Origin: Chlorokybus atmophyticus
Lineage: Eukaryota; Plantae; Mesostigma and Chlorokybus algae
Direction: 5' to 3'
DNA: 64,000 nt
Assembly: GCA_009103225.1 (NCBI GenBank)
Contig: RHPI01002888.1
Coordinates: forward strand, 232,189-296,188
Part shown: piece by piece, positions 1 to 13,507 of the stretch
Layout: each line of letters starts with the position of its first letter
Position numbering within the stretch: the first letter of the stretch is position 1
Notes under the pieces: model-generated
The model's input: the letters and a program-made list of their open reading frames with translations, nothing else
The model's database searches: none
What the model was told of the DNA's origin: nothing
Translations under genes and position numbers: made by a program

Positions 1-2980
1 TGCATGTAACACACATACTAACATGTCTACATGCATGCAAGAACACCACACCTGTTTTGCACACGAAGAGACCTCATACACAAATGTACATGGGTGTATT
101 GTGAGTGCCTGGCTTACCACATCCGTCATGACTGTGCCAACGAATGGCAAACGTGACACGCCACAACAATGCATTTAAACTAACGAATTATTTTCGCAAA
201 AAGTTGAAGCTGCTAATCAAATGCACGGATCGCGATCGATGCCAACAAGGGGCGCGATCCAGTTTGGCCTCCTCCCGCCGCCAAAGTTCAGTTTCTAACG
301 TCAAGTATGAGTGCTAGCATTCCTACCTCTTGATCGTGCAAGCAAGCTTGCTTGCATGAATGGGAAAGTCTCAAGATTCTTCAGGCGCATGAGCACGTGA
401 TTCCGCTGCTCCATGGTTTTGCAGTTGGAGCCACCAGCCACCGTTGGAAGCTCCCCGCCATCCCAACCCCACCATCTTTCAAAGCTTGAGCTGAGCCAAC
501 TGAACTATGTCCGACATGATGGTATCGAGCGTCATCTTGCCCGGTGGGCTCATCACTCAAGCAGGGAGCGCAAGCTGGTGATTCTTAGCAAGGTTGTTTA
601 CGTTCTGAGCGGCGGCCGTGGCTGAATCAGAGAGGCATGCACAGAAACACCGGCAAGGTACTGATGACATGGCCGTGGTATACCTGCTGCTCGCAGGCAA
701 AATCTACCCTAAAAGCCCCACACAAGCTGCTTATGTGTGTTGAGACATCCTGACTAGTGTGTAATCCCTGTGCACAGATTAAAGCCTATTTGTGCAGCAC
801 GTTGGCAGTCAAGAGGCTGCGCTGGATTTCTCTCCTGCCCTCTCTACAGGGCTGAGTTTCCCGTCGCTGTTGCCCATGCATATGTCCCGCCTTCCTCAAG
901 AAGCAAACAAACGAACAAGCCTAGATCGACCCAACTTTTGCACCACTCAACAACGTACATCTCCTCGACGCAACAGCATGCACACTGGTGGAGGGATGAT
1001 TGCCAATTGTTGAAAGAGTGACATGCGATGTGGTTGGGGGGCAGGGGCTTGCATAGTGCGCGCCTGGCGTCTCAGAGCGAACCGAAGAATTGTCAGCAGC
1101 ATCTTCAGATGCATTGCAACAAGGCTCAATCAACCCTAACACAACCACAAGCAGCAGTCACAATCACAGGTTACAAGTCCAGCTACCAGCAGGTAACTGG
1201 TTTGTTGTAGCAGCAGGTGACTGCCTGCTGGCTCGTGGGTATGTTGGCTCCCCATAACAACAACAACCAGTCAACAGATGTTTCTCTGTGGCAGTATCCC
1301 AAGCTGGAGCATGTTAATAGAGGGCGAGTTCCCGGTCCCGCAGCTGAAGTCGCTCGACGCCATTCTTGAGGCCATTGCCAGGCAGGTTCAGGACCTCGAC
1401 TCGCAGCCGAGGTCCTCTCGGTGCAGATGCTACTTCATCACCAGCCTTAGAGACCAACCGTGAGTGGGTCTGAGAAAAGGTCTCACACTCCAATTCATGC
1501 AAGGTCATCTCGCTTAATGAAGTGTCAAGTCCCACATCATCATGCACAACGGCTGGAGCATGCCTTTGGTAGACTGGTGACAAGGGAGGAACATGAGCCA
1601 TGTTCTTCAGGCAGCTGAACAGCCACCTCAAGACACATTTGAGAAGGGAGCTAGCAACCTGGACATGCCTGGTGCGTCCACACCTTAAAGCGCCACCTCA
1701 TGTGTTAGGCGAACAACAGCTCGCTCAAACTGAGCTACAAGAACAAGTGAACCCAAACTTGAAGGCAAGTGATTAGCAGCGGTACAGGCAGATGCACTTC
1801 TTGCACCCGGTGTGGAGCCTACCTCTCTACATCAGCAGAACAGGAAGAAGACACTGGCTTCAGCGTCTGCGAAAGGGCAAAGCGGTGGCAGTGGTAGCAG
1901 AGGATGTGCCCCAAAGCGACCAGGAGTCATCGTGGCTCCACCGCTCAGCTGCGCCCAGGCGCATCTCGCTTGCGGTCCATCCTTCTATAGTCAACACCAA
2001 CCTGTTCAACGTCTCCTAACATCCTCAAAAAACGTGCCGGAGGCGTTCAGCGGGGCTCTATGTTTGACGTGGAGGGGTTCTTGGCTACGGAGGTAGACAC
2101 GGTGATACAAGACATTGCAACCAGAAAAACTATTGTCATTGCAGCATCACTCTCGAGGCGAAGAGGCTGCGCTGACCCAAGCAGAGAGCGACGAGTACGC
2201 GGACTTGCTGGAAGCACTTCAATGCAGTATTAAAGAGTATGACGTCAGCGTGTCTCCCGGACATGCGCCCTCAAGCACGTCTCGGATGCGACAGTTGTCC
2301 CGGCAGTCGCAGTCAATTCACGGTCAAGTGCGAGTGCGTCTGCTTCGGTCGAGAGGTGAGCGCGTGAAGACTGACTGTTAATCCTGTTGATTGTGGTGAT
2401 GTGGTGATGCAATAGTCTAACAACAGAAGGTTGTGCTCACAGCTGATTCCACTACGCCAAGGTCAGTGTCCAGCGGTGTGCAGCAGCAGGACACTTCCAA
2501 TACGGAGTGGTGTGATTGGCGGCTGCAGCCGTGTAGATGTGTAGGCGTGCTAGCGTGCGTGTGAGTTTACTGGTGCAGTGTGATAGGCATGGCTGACAGT
2601 GCGTAGCTTTGTATGACGATGTTGCTGTACTATTAAACACACACAGATTGGCAGGAGCAGGAGAGCTTGGCACTAGGTATGTAGCCTGCCTAATCCAATG
2701 TGGTATTGCCCTCAGTTCACTAAGCAAGGCGTATTATCAAGACCCTAGAACTGATTCAAGTGTCATTACTGTCATAAGTTGTTCATTGCCGCACACGATG
2801 TTGTTGATTGCTGCACACTTTGTGCAATGGGTTTTGCTGTTCTCAATAACCATTCACACTGTGAGGCAAGCAACCATTCATGGGACAGCATCGTACAACA
2901 GATTTAGCATTCAGTGTAGGTGTATATAGCTACAGGGGAGGTTGAGGCGTATGGTACAGATTCGTCAAAATCCTCAGCGC

Positions 2981-4345
2981 TCAGCTATTGGTTGTGTCGG
3001 CAGCAGACAGCAGAGCCTTCTGCTGCGCATCCTTAAACTTAATCTGCTCTGCCACACGCGTATGGAAGCCGATGGTGGGCTCGTACTTTGACACAGCACA
3101 GACTACCTGCACAATACAACGTGGCAATTGTCATCAATTGTCGTAAGCAACATGCAAGCAGTATGTATGACCCACCACAAGTGAAAATGGAAAAACACAC
3201 ACATTTTGTGTTACACTTTTTGTTACACTATCCATAAAACTCACTATCAAAGTCGAGTGCATACCTCCAGAAACACGAAGTAAGGCGCCATCAGGAATGA
3301 TTGCACGAAGTTGTCAATCAATGCCGGCCGGCGACCCTGCGAGTATTGACCCACATGCATGTCTTTATTGCAATGAATACAGGGTCAAACTAACATGCCT
3401 GCAATGCGGGCACATGCAACATACCTCAAAGACGCCGTGCCCAATGAACTGAGCTATCCAACACAACACATTGACTCCAAGTGCTACCTGCAGGGTATCG
3501 CAAACAACTGGTGGTGAGTCAGCAGAGAAGCAACTACAAACATTGAGAGCGAACAAAGAAAACAACAATGTAAGAGCAATGCGAGTGCACAACCAGAGGA
3601 CGCAACAGAGCCAAGTCTCAAGAAGAGAGACAAAAAGAAACCAACAAAAGTCGATTGAATCAAGCAAGTGAACAAGTAAATAAGCAGCAAGCAGCCACAC
3701 ACACACACACAGCGCGAGCGCGAGCGCGAGAGCGAGAGCGAGAGCGAGCGAGCGCGAGCGAGCGAGTGAGCGAGAGAGCGCGCGCGAGAGAGCGAGAGCG
3801 AGAGCGCGAGAGAGCGAGAGCGAGAGCGCGAGAGCGAGAGAGCGAGAGCGAGAGCGAGAGCGAGCGAGCGAGCGAGAGCGAGAGGGAGCGAGAGAGGGCG
3901 AGAGGGCGAGAGAGGGAGAGAGGGAGAGGGAGAGAGGGAGAGGGAGAGAGGGAGAGNNNNNNNNNNNNNNNNNNNNNNNNNNNNNNNNNNNNNNNNNNNN
4001 NNNNNNNNNNNNNNNNNNNNNNNNNNNNNNNNNNNNNNNNNNNNNNNNNNNNNNNNNNNNNNNNNNNNNNNNNNNNNNNNNNNNNNNNNNNNNNNNNNNN
4101 NNNNNNNNNNNNNNNNNNNNNNNNNNNNNNNNNNNNNNNNNNNNNNNNNNNNNNNNNNNNNNNNNNNNNNNNNNNNNNNNNNNNNNNNNNNNNNNNNNNN
4201 NNNNNNNNNNNNNNNNNNNNNNNNNNNNNNNNNNNNNNNNNNNNNNNNNNNNNNNNNNNNNNNNNNNNNNNNNNNNNNNNNNNNNNNNNNNNNNNNNNNN
4301 NNNNNNNNNNNNNNNNNNNNNNNNNNNNNNNNNNNNNNNNNNNNN

Positions 4346-4405
<60 letters not shown>

Positions 4406-5210
4406 AGCAGGTGAGCAAACAAGTTGCTTGCCTTCCATGCGAGGCTTCTGCCGAGGAAATCGACAGCGACGCGTGCTGCGACGCAGAGAGCGAGGACGAA
4501 CCACCCTGCGAGCCAGCCGAGCTTGCGGTCAAGGAGGGTGTAGTAGATGGTGTACACGAGGGACACCAGCAGCGCCGCGTCCACCACCGTGACGTACGCG
4601 TATATTAAATGCACTGATGGCGGAGCGGATGGGGGAGCAGGGATGGGGCCCGCTATTCGTGGCACGCATGTCAACAGCACCTGCAAGTAAACGTGTTGGA
4701 TGGGAAAGCGCACGCATGTGTACACACACGGGCATACACACACGCACGCAAAAGTGGGACAATGCGCGTGGAGATTGCACTTCCTATGCACGCATGTGAG
4801 GAGTGAGTGATGATGGTGCTTGCTACGTGTGAAAATGTAACAGTGCACTGGACATGCATGACTTGAGCGATGCCGGGCAGCATGCACTTAAGAGTTGTGA
4901 TGATACGGGCATGCGTGTACTTGTGAGTTGCAAGTATGCTTCATGTATGCATGCACAAGGTCAGCAAAGTGGTGACCTTTTCTGATCGATATTTTCAGCT
5001 AGGCGCGTACATACAAATAAGGGACGTGTGTCTTCAATGTCGGAATCATGGTGAAACTTCACACTCGCGTACCTGAGCAGTAAACAGAATGGGCCACACG
5101 CACAAGATGTGGATGGCCTTGTTGAGCCCGTCCCGATGGTAGAACGCGTAAAAGCCGTAATGAGACTCCAAATCCAGCAGCGAAGCCTTTCGGCCACTTG
5201 GCGAGGCCAT
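2981..5210 (-). CDS. MPO1: DUF962/Mpo1-family membrane protein (2-hydroxy fatty acid dioxygenase-like), 5 exons
   Basis: Spliced peptide: MASPSGRKASLLDLESHYGFYAFYHRDGLNKAIHILCVWPILFTAQ|VLLTCVP...YYTLLDRKLGWLAGWFVL...LAWK|VALGVNVLCWIAQFIGHGVFE|GRRPALIDNFVQSFLMAPYFVFLE|VVCAVSKYEP...TNS*. The 'FY..YH...N..IH' and 'QFIGHG.FE.R.PAL' motifs are typical of DUF962. An alternative in-frame ATG lies at 5246. Confidence 0.92.
3696..4400. repeat. Compound (CA)n/(GCGA/GA)n microsatellite containing an N gap, intronic
   Basis: Visible directly; Ns at about 3957-4345. Confidence 0.95.
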
Positions 5211-6021
5211 TTCTTTCCTCTCAGCACTGGCCCTGTTTGATGACATGAGATTTTCACCAGGAGGAACGCCTATAGCAAGACTGCACAAAGGCAGAGCTGT
5301 CTGCTGCGAGAACAAACTGGCAATACCAAGCGCATGGGGCTGGGAACATACTTAAATACTGCAAAAGGCAGCATGACCTCAAAGGCAGTCAGATCAACAA
5401 AGGCGGATGCTATGAGCCACTTTCGTTCCATTCGATAGCGTGAAGGTGTTTGTGCCTTATAGAATTGCTGTTCGCTTACTGCATGAGTAAGTGTTGGCGC
5501 ATTCCTGTGACGTGCATGCCATTGCATGCATGTCAAAAGAGAAGCTTCCCCACAGAACAGTGACTAATGCAGGACAACTGCTCAGTCAGTAAAAGTCAAT
5601 GACTAAGTGAACTCTTGTAGTAGTAGTAGTGATGACAACATAGTACTCTGCCAACGACCACATTATCCACAATGCAAGCCAATTGCAAATGTGTAAGCAC
5701 GATCTCTCGCTCACCTAATGCTGGGGTTCCGGCCCTTGAGCGTCGCCTTCCCGGTCGCCGCCGCAGGAGCAGCAGCTGTGGGGGCGGCGACGGGGGCAAC
5801 AGGCTTCCTGTCTCGTAACACCGCCGACGACAACGACGCCCCTCTCCCTGCCACCGCCGCTGCCTGCATAGAGTGAACTAAGCTTTAGATTCTGCTCTTT
5901 GACATCCAGCAGCTTTGGCTTTGCTTTGGCACACAGCGGCGGGGGTGTGGTTGTGGGCGTCGTCGTCGTCTTTGTTGTCGCCGGTGCCGTCGGACTCGTC
6001 TCTGTCCTCATCGTTGTCGGC

Positions 6022-9000
6022 ATGGCGGTGTTGCTGGACACCTCAGTCGGCGACCTGGTGGTGGACCTCTTCACGGATGAGTGCCCAATCACCACGAAGA
6101 ATTTTCTCAAACTCTGCAAGTGAGTCGCCATTGGTTTTATATTGATATTTACACGCACACTGTTCCCCTTTTCGTTTGATTCTTCCTTACTATCTTCCCT
6201 GATGAAGTGAGCTTATCATTTTCCTCATGTGAGGGGCTTATAAAAGCATTCAGGCAACGCGTTCATGCCATGCGTCACGTCATAAGCCGTTTCTTTGTGT
6301 TTGCTGTGGACATCCTTTGAAGAGCTTAGCTGGTTGCAAGCTCAGAGATCAGAATTCAAGCATTGTGTTGTTTGTATTCGCTCACACATGTTCGGTTTTT
6401 GCTGTGTTTGTTCTCACGCATTGCGGTGGGGTAGATTAGCAGTCTATATCCTTATAAATGCACACTGTAAGTTCTGAAATGTTTCTCGATGTTGACGTCG
6501 CCATCGTCGTCATTATTGGCTTTGTTGCTGTTATTAGCAAAAGGACTTTGTTGACGACAGTGCTTTATGTGCTCTGTATGTATACCATATTCTACATACC
6601 TGTCATTTCTTGTTAAGGAGTTCCTGTGTTGCGCAGGATAAAGTACTACAACAACTGTCTTTTCCACAACGTGCAAAAGGACTTCATTGCGCAGACTGGG
6701 GACCCCACAGGCACGGGCAAGGGCGGAGACTCCATATACAAGTATGCATACTCATTGTGTTTATCTCTTTCCCTTTGCTTTGTTGTGCACATATCAATGT
6801 TAATCTAGAGCCGCTATGAAACAGATTGCAACACATAGCACATTAGACTCTATGGCACGCATTGCGATGCACACTGTGACATGTGAGGATAAACACATTT
6901 TCTTACATGTCCTGTTGTTGCGTGCAGATTTTTGTATGGCGATCAAGCGAAGTACTTTGACAATGAGTTGAGCAAGAAGCTGCGCCATAGGAAGAAAGGC
7001 ACCGTGTCGATGGCTGGAGAGGACGCCAACGCCTCGCAAGTGAGAAACAGTGTGCATGGATGTGTGCTTCCGTGTGCGCTCGTGTGTGTGTTTTGGTGTG
7101 CAAATTTGTGGTACACATGCGTTGGTTGAGGTGCGCATAGTGTGCTGCACACGGCGATTGGATGTATATGTTGCCACGTTTTACATGCGCGCATGCAGGC
7201 ACGCACGTGCATGTGTGCAGCGTAGGCAGTCGCACATGTGGACATGTACTTGGTCAGATTGATTGTCGTTTACTTTATGATGTTAAGTAGTGCATATATG
7301 CATGAACTGTATCGCATCAGCGTCTAATGGCCAGGACCCTCGTCCAGATATGAGTAACATATCGTATACATCATGATTACTTAGTTAAGATGATGCACAG
7401 TAGAGCATGCGCGCTGTGCTTGCGCCTTCACCTTGCGCATGCATGTACATCTGCGCATACGCCTTTGCCTGAGCACATCGTCCACGCACACACACACCTT
7501 GTGTGTGCATGCTTGCGCGTATCCATGAACGCACGGCCTACGTGTGCACACACATTTGCCGTCGTCCAACTGCGTGCCAACCTGATCATCTCACTGTCCC
7601 AACCAGTTCTTCGTCACGCTGCGCGACGGGCTGGACTACCTTGACGATCGCCACACGGTGTTTGGAGAGATCTCAGAGGGTCTCGAACACCTCGACTTGC
7701 TCAATGACACCTTTGTCGATGATGCCGGCCGCCCTCTGAAGAACATCAGGTTGGCAGCCCACCCACATTGTGTCTTTCGTCACTCGTTTGTTGGCTGTGT
7801 TTGTCTGCACTTGTTGTACTCATTGCAACCCGTGTTGTTTACTGGGCTTTGTGATCGGTTGTGATGGATCGGTCATGTCGTGTGTGTTTATGACAAACGG
7901 AAACGTTTCTTTTATTCAATGTTGGTTGTGTGCTGGTTTGCTCAGTTTACATGCTCATAATGTGTTCATTTGTTTGATCTGCTTGGCAATCTAGGTACCT
8001 TATCAGACTTGTGAGCGTGTGTACATCGATTGACACCCCTGTATGTTCGTGCATGTGACTTTGCAGCATTGTCGTAAGCAACTTGCTTGTATGCAGGATC
8101 AAGCACACTGTGATACTGGATGACCCGTTCGACGACCCTCCCGGGTTGGCCGACCTGATACCGGACAAGTCCCCGGAGCTGAAGCCAGCCGAGGTGTGTT
8201 GTTGCTTGACGCTACTTGACGAATACACAGGAGTGTTTGTTACATCTGCATCACACTGCGCATGTGAACGCACTTATGCTGGTGTTGTTGAGCTATGTGT
8301 GTGTATGGCTTGAGCTGGATGGTGTGACATCTTTCATGCTTTGCCAGCTTGGTCGTGTGAAGGTTTGAGTAAGGTTTCTCGTGCATGTGCATGTGCATGT
8401 GTGTGCACGCATGCAAGCACACACCAGCGTGCATGCTCATATGTGTCTCATCCAGCAGTGTTGTTTGCGCGAACAAACTGTACCTGTCACTACTTTTCGT
8501 CAGTGTATTGCTGTGCAACTGTGTATAGTTGCTGACTGATTTTACCTCTTATAGGGCGAGCCTGTGCGTGTGGAGTACGATTGGAAACCCGAAGACGATT
8601 CTGGGAGAGACGCGGACGAGATCGAGAAGGAGCTGCGCAAGAAGGCATGTTGGTTTGTAGTCACGTCTTTTTTACTTGTTGGTCTATGTGGTATGTTGTA
8701 TGTTCACAGCGTGTGTCTCTGACTCAACCTACCCTCGCTTGCAGGAAGCCAAGTCAAGGGCCGTTGTGCTTGAGATGATTGGCGATCTCCCCGAGGCGGA
8801 CGTGCTCCCGCCCGAGAACGTTCTGTTCGTGTGCAAGCTCAACCCTGTCACTGAGGTAGCTTGCCAAGCCTTGCATGTGCGTGTTAGTGCGCACGCACAT
8901 GCTTATGCATAGGCACACGCACGTGAATGTGCGTGTGTTGCTTGCGCACAACACCAGTCCGCATATCCACGTATGTGTGCGTGCATGACTGCATTTTGGC

Positions 9001-10373
9001 GCGTGCTTGAGTGAATGCATGTCCAACACTGTCTGCTCTACACTGTTGTTTTGTTCAGGAAGAGGATTTGGAGATCATATTCTCGCGCTTTGGCAAGATT
9101 GTATCGTGCGACATCATACGCGACCACAAAACGGGGGACTCGCTGTGCTACGCGTTCATTGGCTTCGAGCAGAAGGAGATGGCGGAGGTGAGAAGATGTG
9201 CTGTTGTTGTCACACCTTCATCACCTTCATCACCACCACCATTATAATCATCATTGAAATGTACGTGTCCAGGGAGCGTACTTCAAGATGGACAATGTGC
9301 TAATCGACGATCGGCGCATACACGTGGACTTCAGCCAGTCAGTATCAAAGCTTTGGAACAGGTAGGCCGTTGTGTTCGTGATAATCCCTTGTGTATCAAC
9401 TGTGCTGTGTGGTTGATCAACGGAAGTGTTCCCCCTCTCGCAGGTTCAAGAAAGTGGGCCCCAAAGACGAGGCCGATGATGAAACCCGCGCCGCGAGCAA
9501 GTTTGAGATCAAGGGGCAGGGCGGTCAAGTTGGTGGCAAGGCGTATCCTCATGCAGTTGCTGATTGCAAAGGCGGCTTTGTTGGCCCTTTGCACTTGTTG
9601 TGTCTATGCATACATACTCGTGTGTAGCTGCATGTACATGTGCGCGCGAGCGCATTTGTGCACTTGTGTGCACACAAGCACAACTGTGCGCGCTTGCACC
9701 GTTGTGCTTGTGTATGTCGGTGAAGGTGATTGGGCGAGGTTGTTGTGTCTCTTCACGTGTTTCGCCTTGATACGGTGCGACAGCTATGACTTGGTGTTCG
9801 ACACGCCGGCAACGGCAGAAGGCACCAATGGCAACTCGCACTCGAAGCGACCGCCACCTGAGGATGCGCGCAGAGCCCGCGGCGCAGAACATCCGCACGC
9901 GGACAAAAGGAGCAAAAGGTCAGTGCCTTATCAGGCAGTACTCTTAACAACTCACACGCGCACTCACTTACGAGCATCGACGTTGTGTGTACATATGAGT
10001 ACAATGTGGGGTTGTACATACATGACCATCATGTCTAAAATCGGGTTGGAACAGGGATGACGATCGGGTTCAGGATCGGGATCGGGATCGGGACTTGGAC
10101 AGGGATCGGGACAGGGGCCGGGACAGGGACAGGGACCGGGAGCAGGACAAGGATCGAGGCAGGGAGCGGGATGGGGGCAAGGAAGAGCACCGTGAAAGGC
10201 GTGCAGAGAGGCCAAGGGATAAGGACACAGATAGGAGTAGGGACAGGGATAGGAGTGGGGATAGGAGGGATGCGGATAGGGATAGAAGTGGGGACAGGGA
10301 CAGGCACAGGCACAGGGATAGGGATGGTGATAGGTCTAGGGGGCGGGATCGAGCTCGGGACCGGGCAAGGTGA
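6022..10373 (+). CDS. CYP59: Cyclophilin-RRM protein CYP59/PPIL4 with Arg/Asp-rich tail, about 13 exons
   Basis: [33 protein letters not shown]|[35 protein letters not shown] (cyclophilin domain). RRM: [16 protein letters not shown]|[37 protein letters not shown]...[22 protein letters not shown]. The protein ends in an RD-repeat tail with TGA at 10371-10373. Confidence 0.97.
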
Positions 10374-10996
10374 TGATGCTGGAGCTGTTATTCACTCACG
10401 CTACTGTTATGAGTGTGCGTGTGTGCACCTATGCGCATTCAGTGCAATACTGGGATTGTTTTTGCGTGTCTTTCCATGGACTGTGCGCGCACACACTTGT
10501 GTGCATGCGTGTGCGTGCGCGTGTGAGTGTACGGAATGTGAAGTGGGGAGTGTCGTGAACAGTTGCTATACTTGCAGCCAGTCGGCTCATGCCATCCTTA
10601 CTCTATCTTGCATATGCCACACACAAATAACACGTGCGTGCGCTGTGTGGCACTCATCGTAAATGTCCTCACCTGTTACTGGTCAAGGGTGCGCACACGG
10701 GACATCCAGACAAGAGTTGGAGGGCAAAGGCAGGCAGTAAGGACGGTGTATCTCAAACATCATGATTCCCATTCATGGCTATGTGCATGCTGGTTGCTGT
10801 GGATCGAACTGTTGTGTGCATGTGGCTCAGCAACCTTCTCAATAAGTGCAAGCCCCAGCACTAGCAGACATGAGCAGATGTGTTGCCCTCACGGACACGT
10901 ACAGGTAAACACACTCACAACACAAACCTCACCAACGCCAGACACAAGTCTTACATCACTAGCACCAACACCGGACACATGTCCTTGCACACAACC

Positions 10997-13179
10997 CTAA
11001 GAACCCAACATTCCCATCTCCGCCAACCTCTGCGTCAACCGTTGCGCCAACTCCTCCTACGCACACGCACACATGCATCAAGGCGCAACCCCAACTCAAC
11101 AAACATGTTGCACCAACCAGAATACAAGCAGGTACAAAAGTGCTTACCTGCGCTCTTCGCCGCAGCGCACTGATGCCCTCAGTGTACTCCCGCTCCAGCG
11201 CGCGCACCCTCTTCTGATGCTTCTGAAGCACCAACTCTGCCACAACACCACCCACACAACCGTTGCATCGGACAGCAGAGATGCCCGCACAGACGCAGAT
11301 GCACTCATGCATTACACGCAGGTGCACGCGCACACTCAAGCACAGATGCGCATGCACGCGCACATGCATGTTCTTGTGTGCACGCATCCAATTGCACAGA
11401 CACACACACGCCATTCACACCCAATCGCACGCGTGTGTACACACAAACATTTGAAAATATGCAACTGACCTTCCCTCTCAACAGCTTGGCGCAGAGCGTC
11501 CTCAGCTTGTGCGCGTGCCCTCGCGCTCTCCGCCACCTCTGCACTTTTTGCCCGAAGGGCCGACAGCAGCCTGGACTGGAGTTCCGACTGGCAGACAGGA
11601 GATGGCATGTTGATTTGTTGCTGTTGATGACCTCACATGTGGTTTGGTCAACAGGGAGGCACCTGTAGTTGGGTTTCAGCCTCTTCTAGACGGGAGCGCA
11701 TCTCACGCGCGAGGCGAGTCCTCTCGTTGCGTATAGCCAACTTCAACCTCGCTCTCTGCGAAGTAGGAGAGAGAGGCATTTACGGACCACTTTAGGTGAT
11801 TTTATTGAAAGTCTTGAAGTCCAACATGAAGTCCTGCGGGCACGCATACAGGGGCACACAAGCACGTATGCGCATGCAGATGCGCAGAGTGCGGCCACAT
11901 GCGCACAAACTGCCACACGCATATATACACACATGCACACGCACGCACGTACGCACATGCACTCGCATATACACACACGCACGCGCACGCGGACACGCAC
12001 ACGTACAGTCACACTCGCACCTGCAAGCTTCTCATCTCCCCTTCAAGCTCCCTCGCGCGCTGTTCAAGCACCTTCTCACACTCCTCATCATTATCATTCC
12101 CACAATCCTGCTCCATCCTTTGTGCCCTCTCCCCACAACCACCCAACGCAAAGCACACGCTGGGCGGGTGCACGCCATTCGCACTCGCAGATGTGGACGC
12201 ACAATTCTCATCCTCCTCGTTGTGCTGCTTGTCATTGTTGTTGTTGTTGTGCTTCTCGCCGCTCATGTCCTCCATGACCTTCTTGAAAGCGCTGAGCACC
12301 TCTTCCTCTATGCTGCGCCGCATGTTGGAATGCGTGTCATGAGAGTCCTTAACCTCTTTACTCTCTTTCTGCTTTGTTCTATCTCGTGAGTGTGTACGGC
12401 CCTTCTGACTATGGTCACCGATATCGCCTGCGTGCTTGATAGACTGAGCACTCTTGCCTTTGACTTGAGATCTGACATCCGCTTGGGGTCGGATATCTTT
12501 CTGGGGTCGAATGTCTACCTGGGCTTTGATATCCGCAGCTTGTTGGGTGAGATCAGCCTTTCGTGGCTGCTTGCTGCTTGTGGATATCAACTTGTGGCCC
12601 GGCAAGCAACACGCGTGCGCGTGTCTGTTCTGATATGTTAGCAGCGGCGTTGATATCCGATCACTTTTGCTTGCTGCGGGTGGCTCGGCTGTTGAAGTTG
12701 TAATGTTGTCGGCACCCCTGTCGGCTTCGGTATCGGAAGCCCACAGCTGCAAGTCTCGCTCTTCATCGTCATCATCCTCTTTGGCATGCGAGGCGCGTCG
12801 TCTTTGTGTGGGCTTGTAGGTGTGGTGGGAGGCCAACATTTTCCCACCTGGCCTGCACAAGGGGCAAGGTCAGAAACCAGACAGACACACACGTACATGC
12901 TAACATGTACACGCGCATACACGCATGTGCAGACATACACCTGCACACGCGCGCAAGCGCACCCACCTGTGCAAAACTAGCAGCACACGCACACGCGCGC
13001 GCAATCACACATGCACGCGTGCACGCACTCACAAACATATACACACGTACGCACACGTACAGACGCGTGTTTTGTTTTCTGTGCGCGCACGCACAGAAGA
13101 CAACAAAAGTAACAACAAGCGCACACGTGCCAAAGCGCATACGCGTGCAAGCACTCACACGCACAGGCACGCACCTCAT
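10997..13179 (-). CDS. Hypothetical protein: low-complexity N-terminal half and C-terminal coiled coil, 6 exons
   Basis: Exons join in frame with GT-AG sites: MR|[10 protein letters not shown]...[19 protein letters not shown]|[31 protein letters not shown]|[39 protein letters not shown]|[30 protein letters not shown]|[19 protein letters not shown]. The start codon is uncertain and no family was recognised. Confidence 0.7.
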
Positions 13180-13284
13180 CGTATGGGTGTACCACCCAGA
13201 GAGGCAATAGCCCAAGCAGAAGAAGCCGCCCGGCCTCGGATCGGATGATACAGATGTCACACCTGCAGTTCAACACCTCCACCA

Positions 13285-13287
<3 letters not shown>

Positions 13288-13333
<46 letters not shown>

Positions 13334-13422
13334 NNNNNNNNNNNNNNNNNNNNNNNNNNNNNNNNNNNNNNNNNNNNNNNNNNNNNNNNNNNNNNNNNNN
13401 NNNNNNNNNNNNNNNNNNNNNN

Positions 13423-13507
<85 letters not shown>
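13288..13507. repeat. (CT)n/(CA)n microsatellite with an N gap
   Basis: Visible directly. Confidence 0.95.

Noticed and set aside
9964-10662. Gly-Ile/Gly-Thr and Pro-Asp/Pro-Ile repeat ORFs
   Set aside because: They are alternative frames and the antisense of the CYP59 Arg-Asp tail.
11792-11833. Apparent exon [13 protein letters not shown] that would truncate the coiled-coil gene
   Set aside because: A stronger pyrimidine-rich acceptor at 11756 is in the same frame and gives a continuous coiled coil. The upstream AG is probably cryptic.
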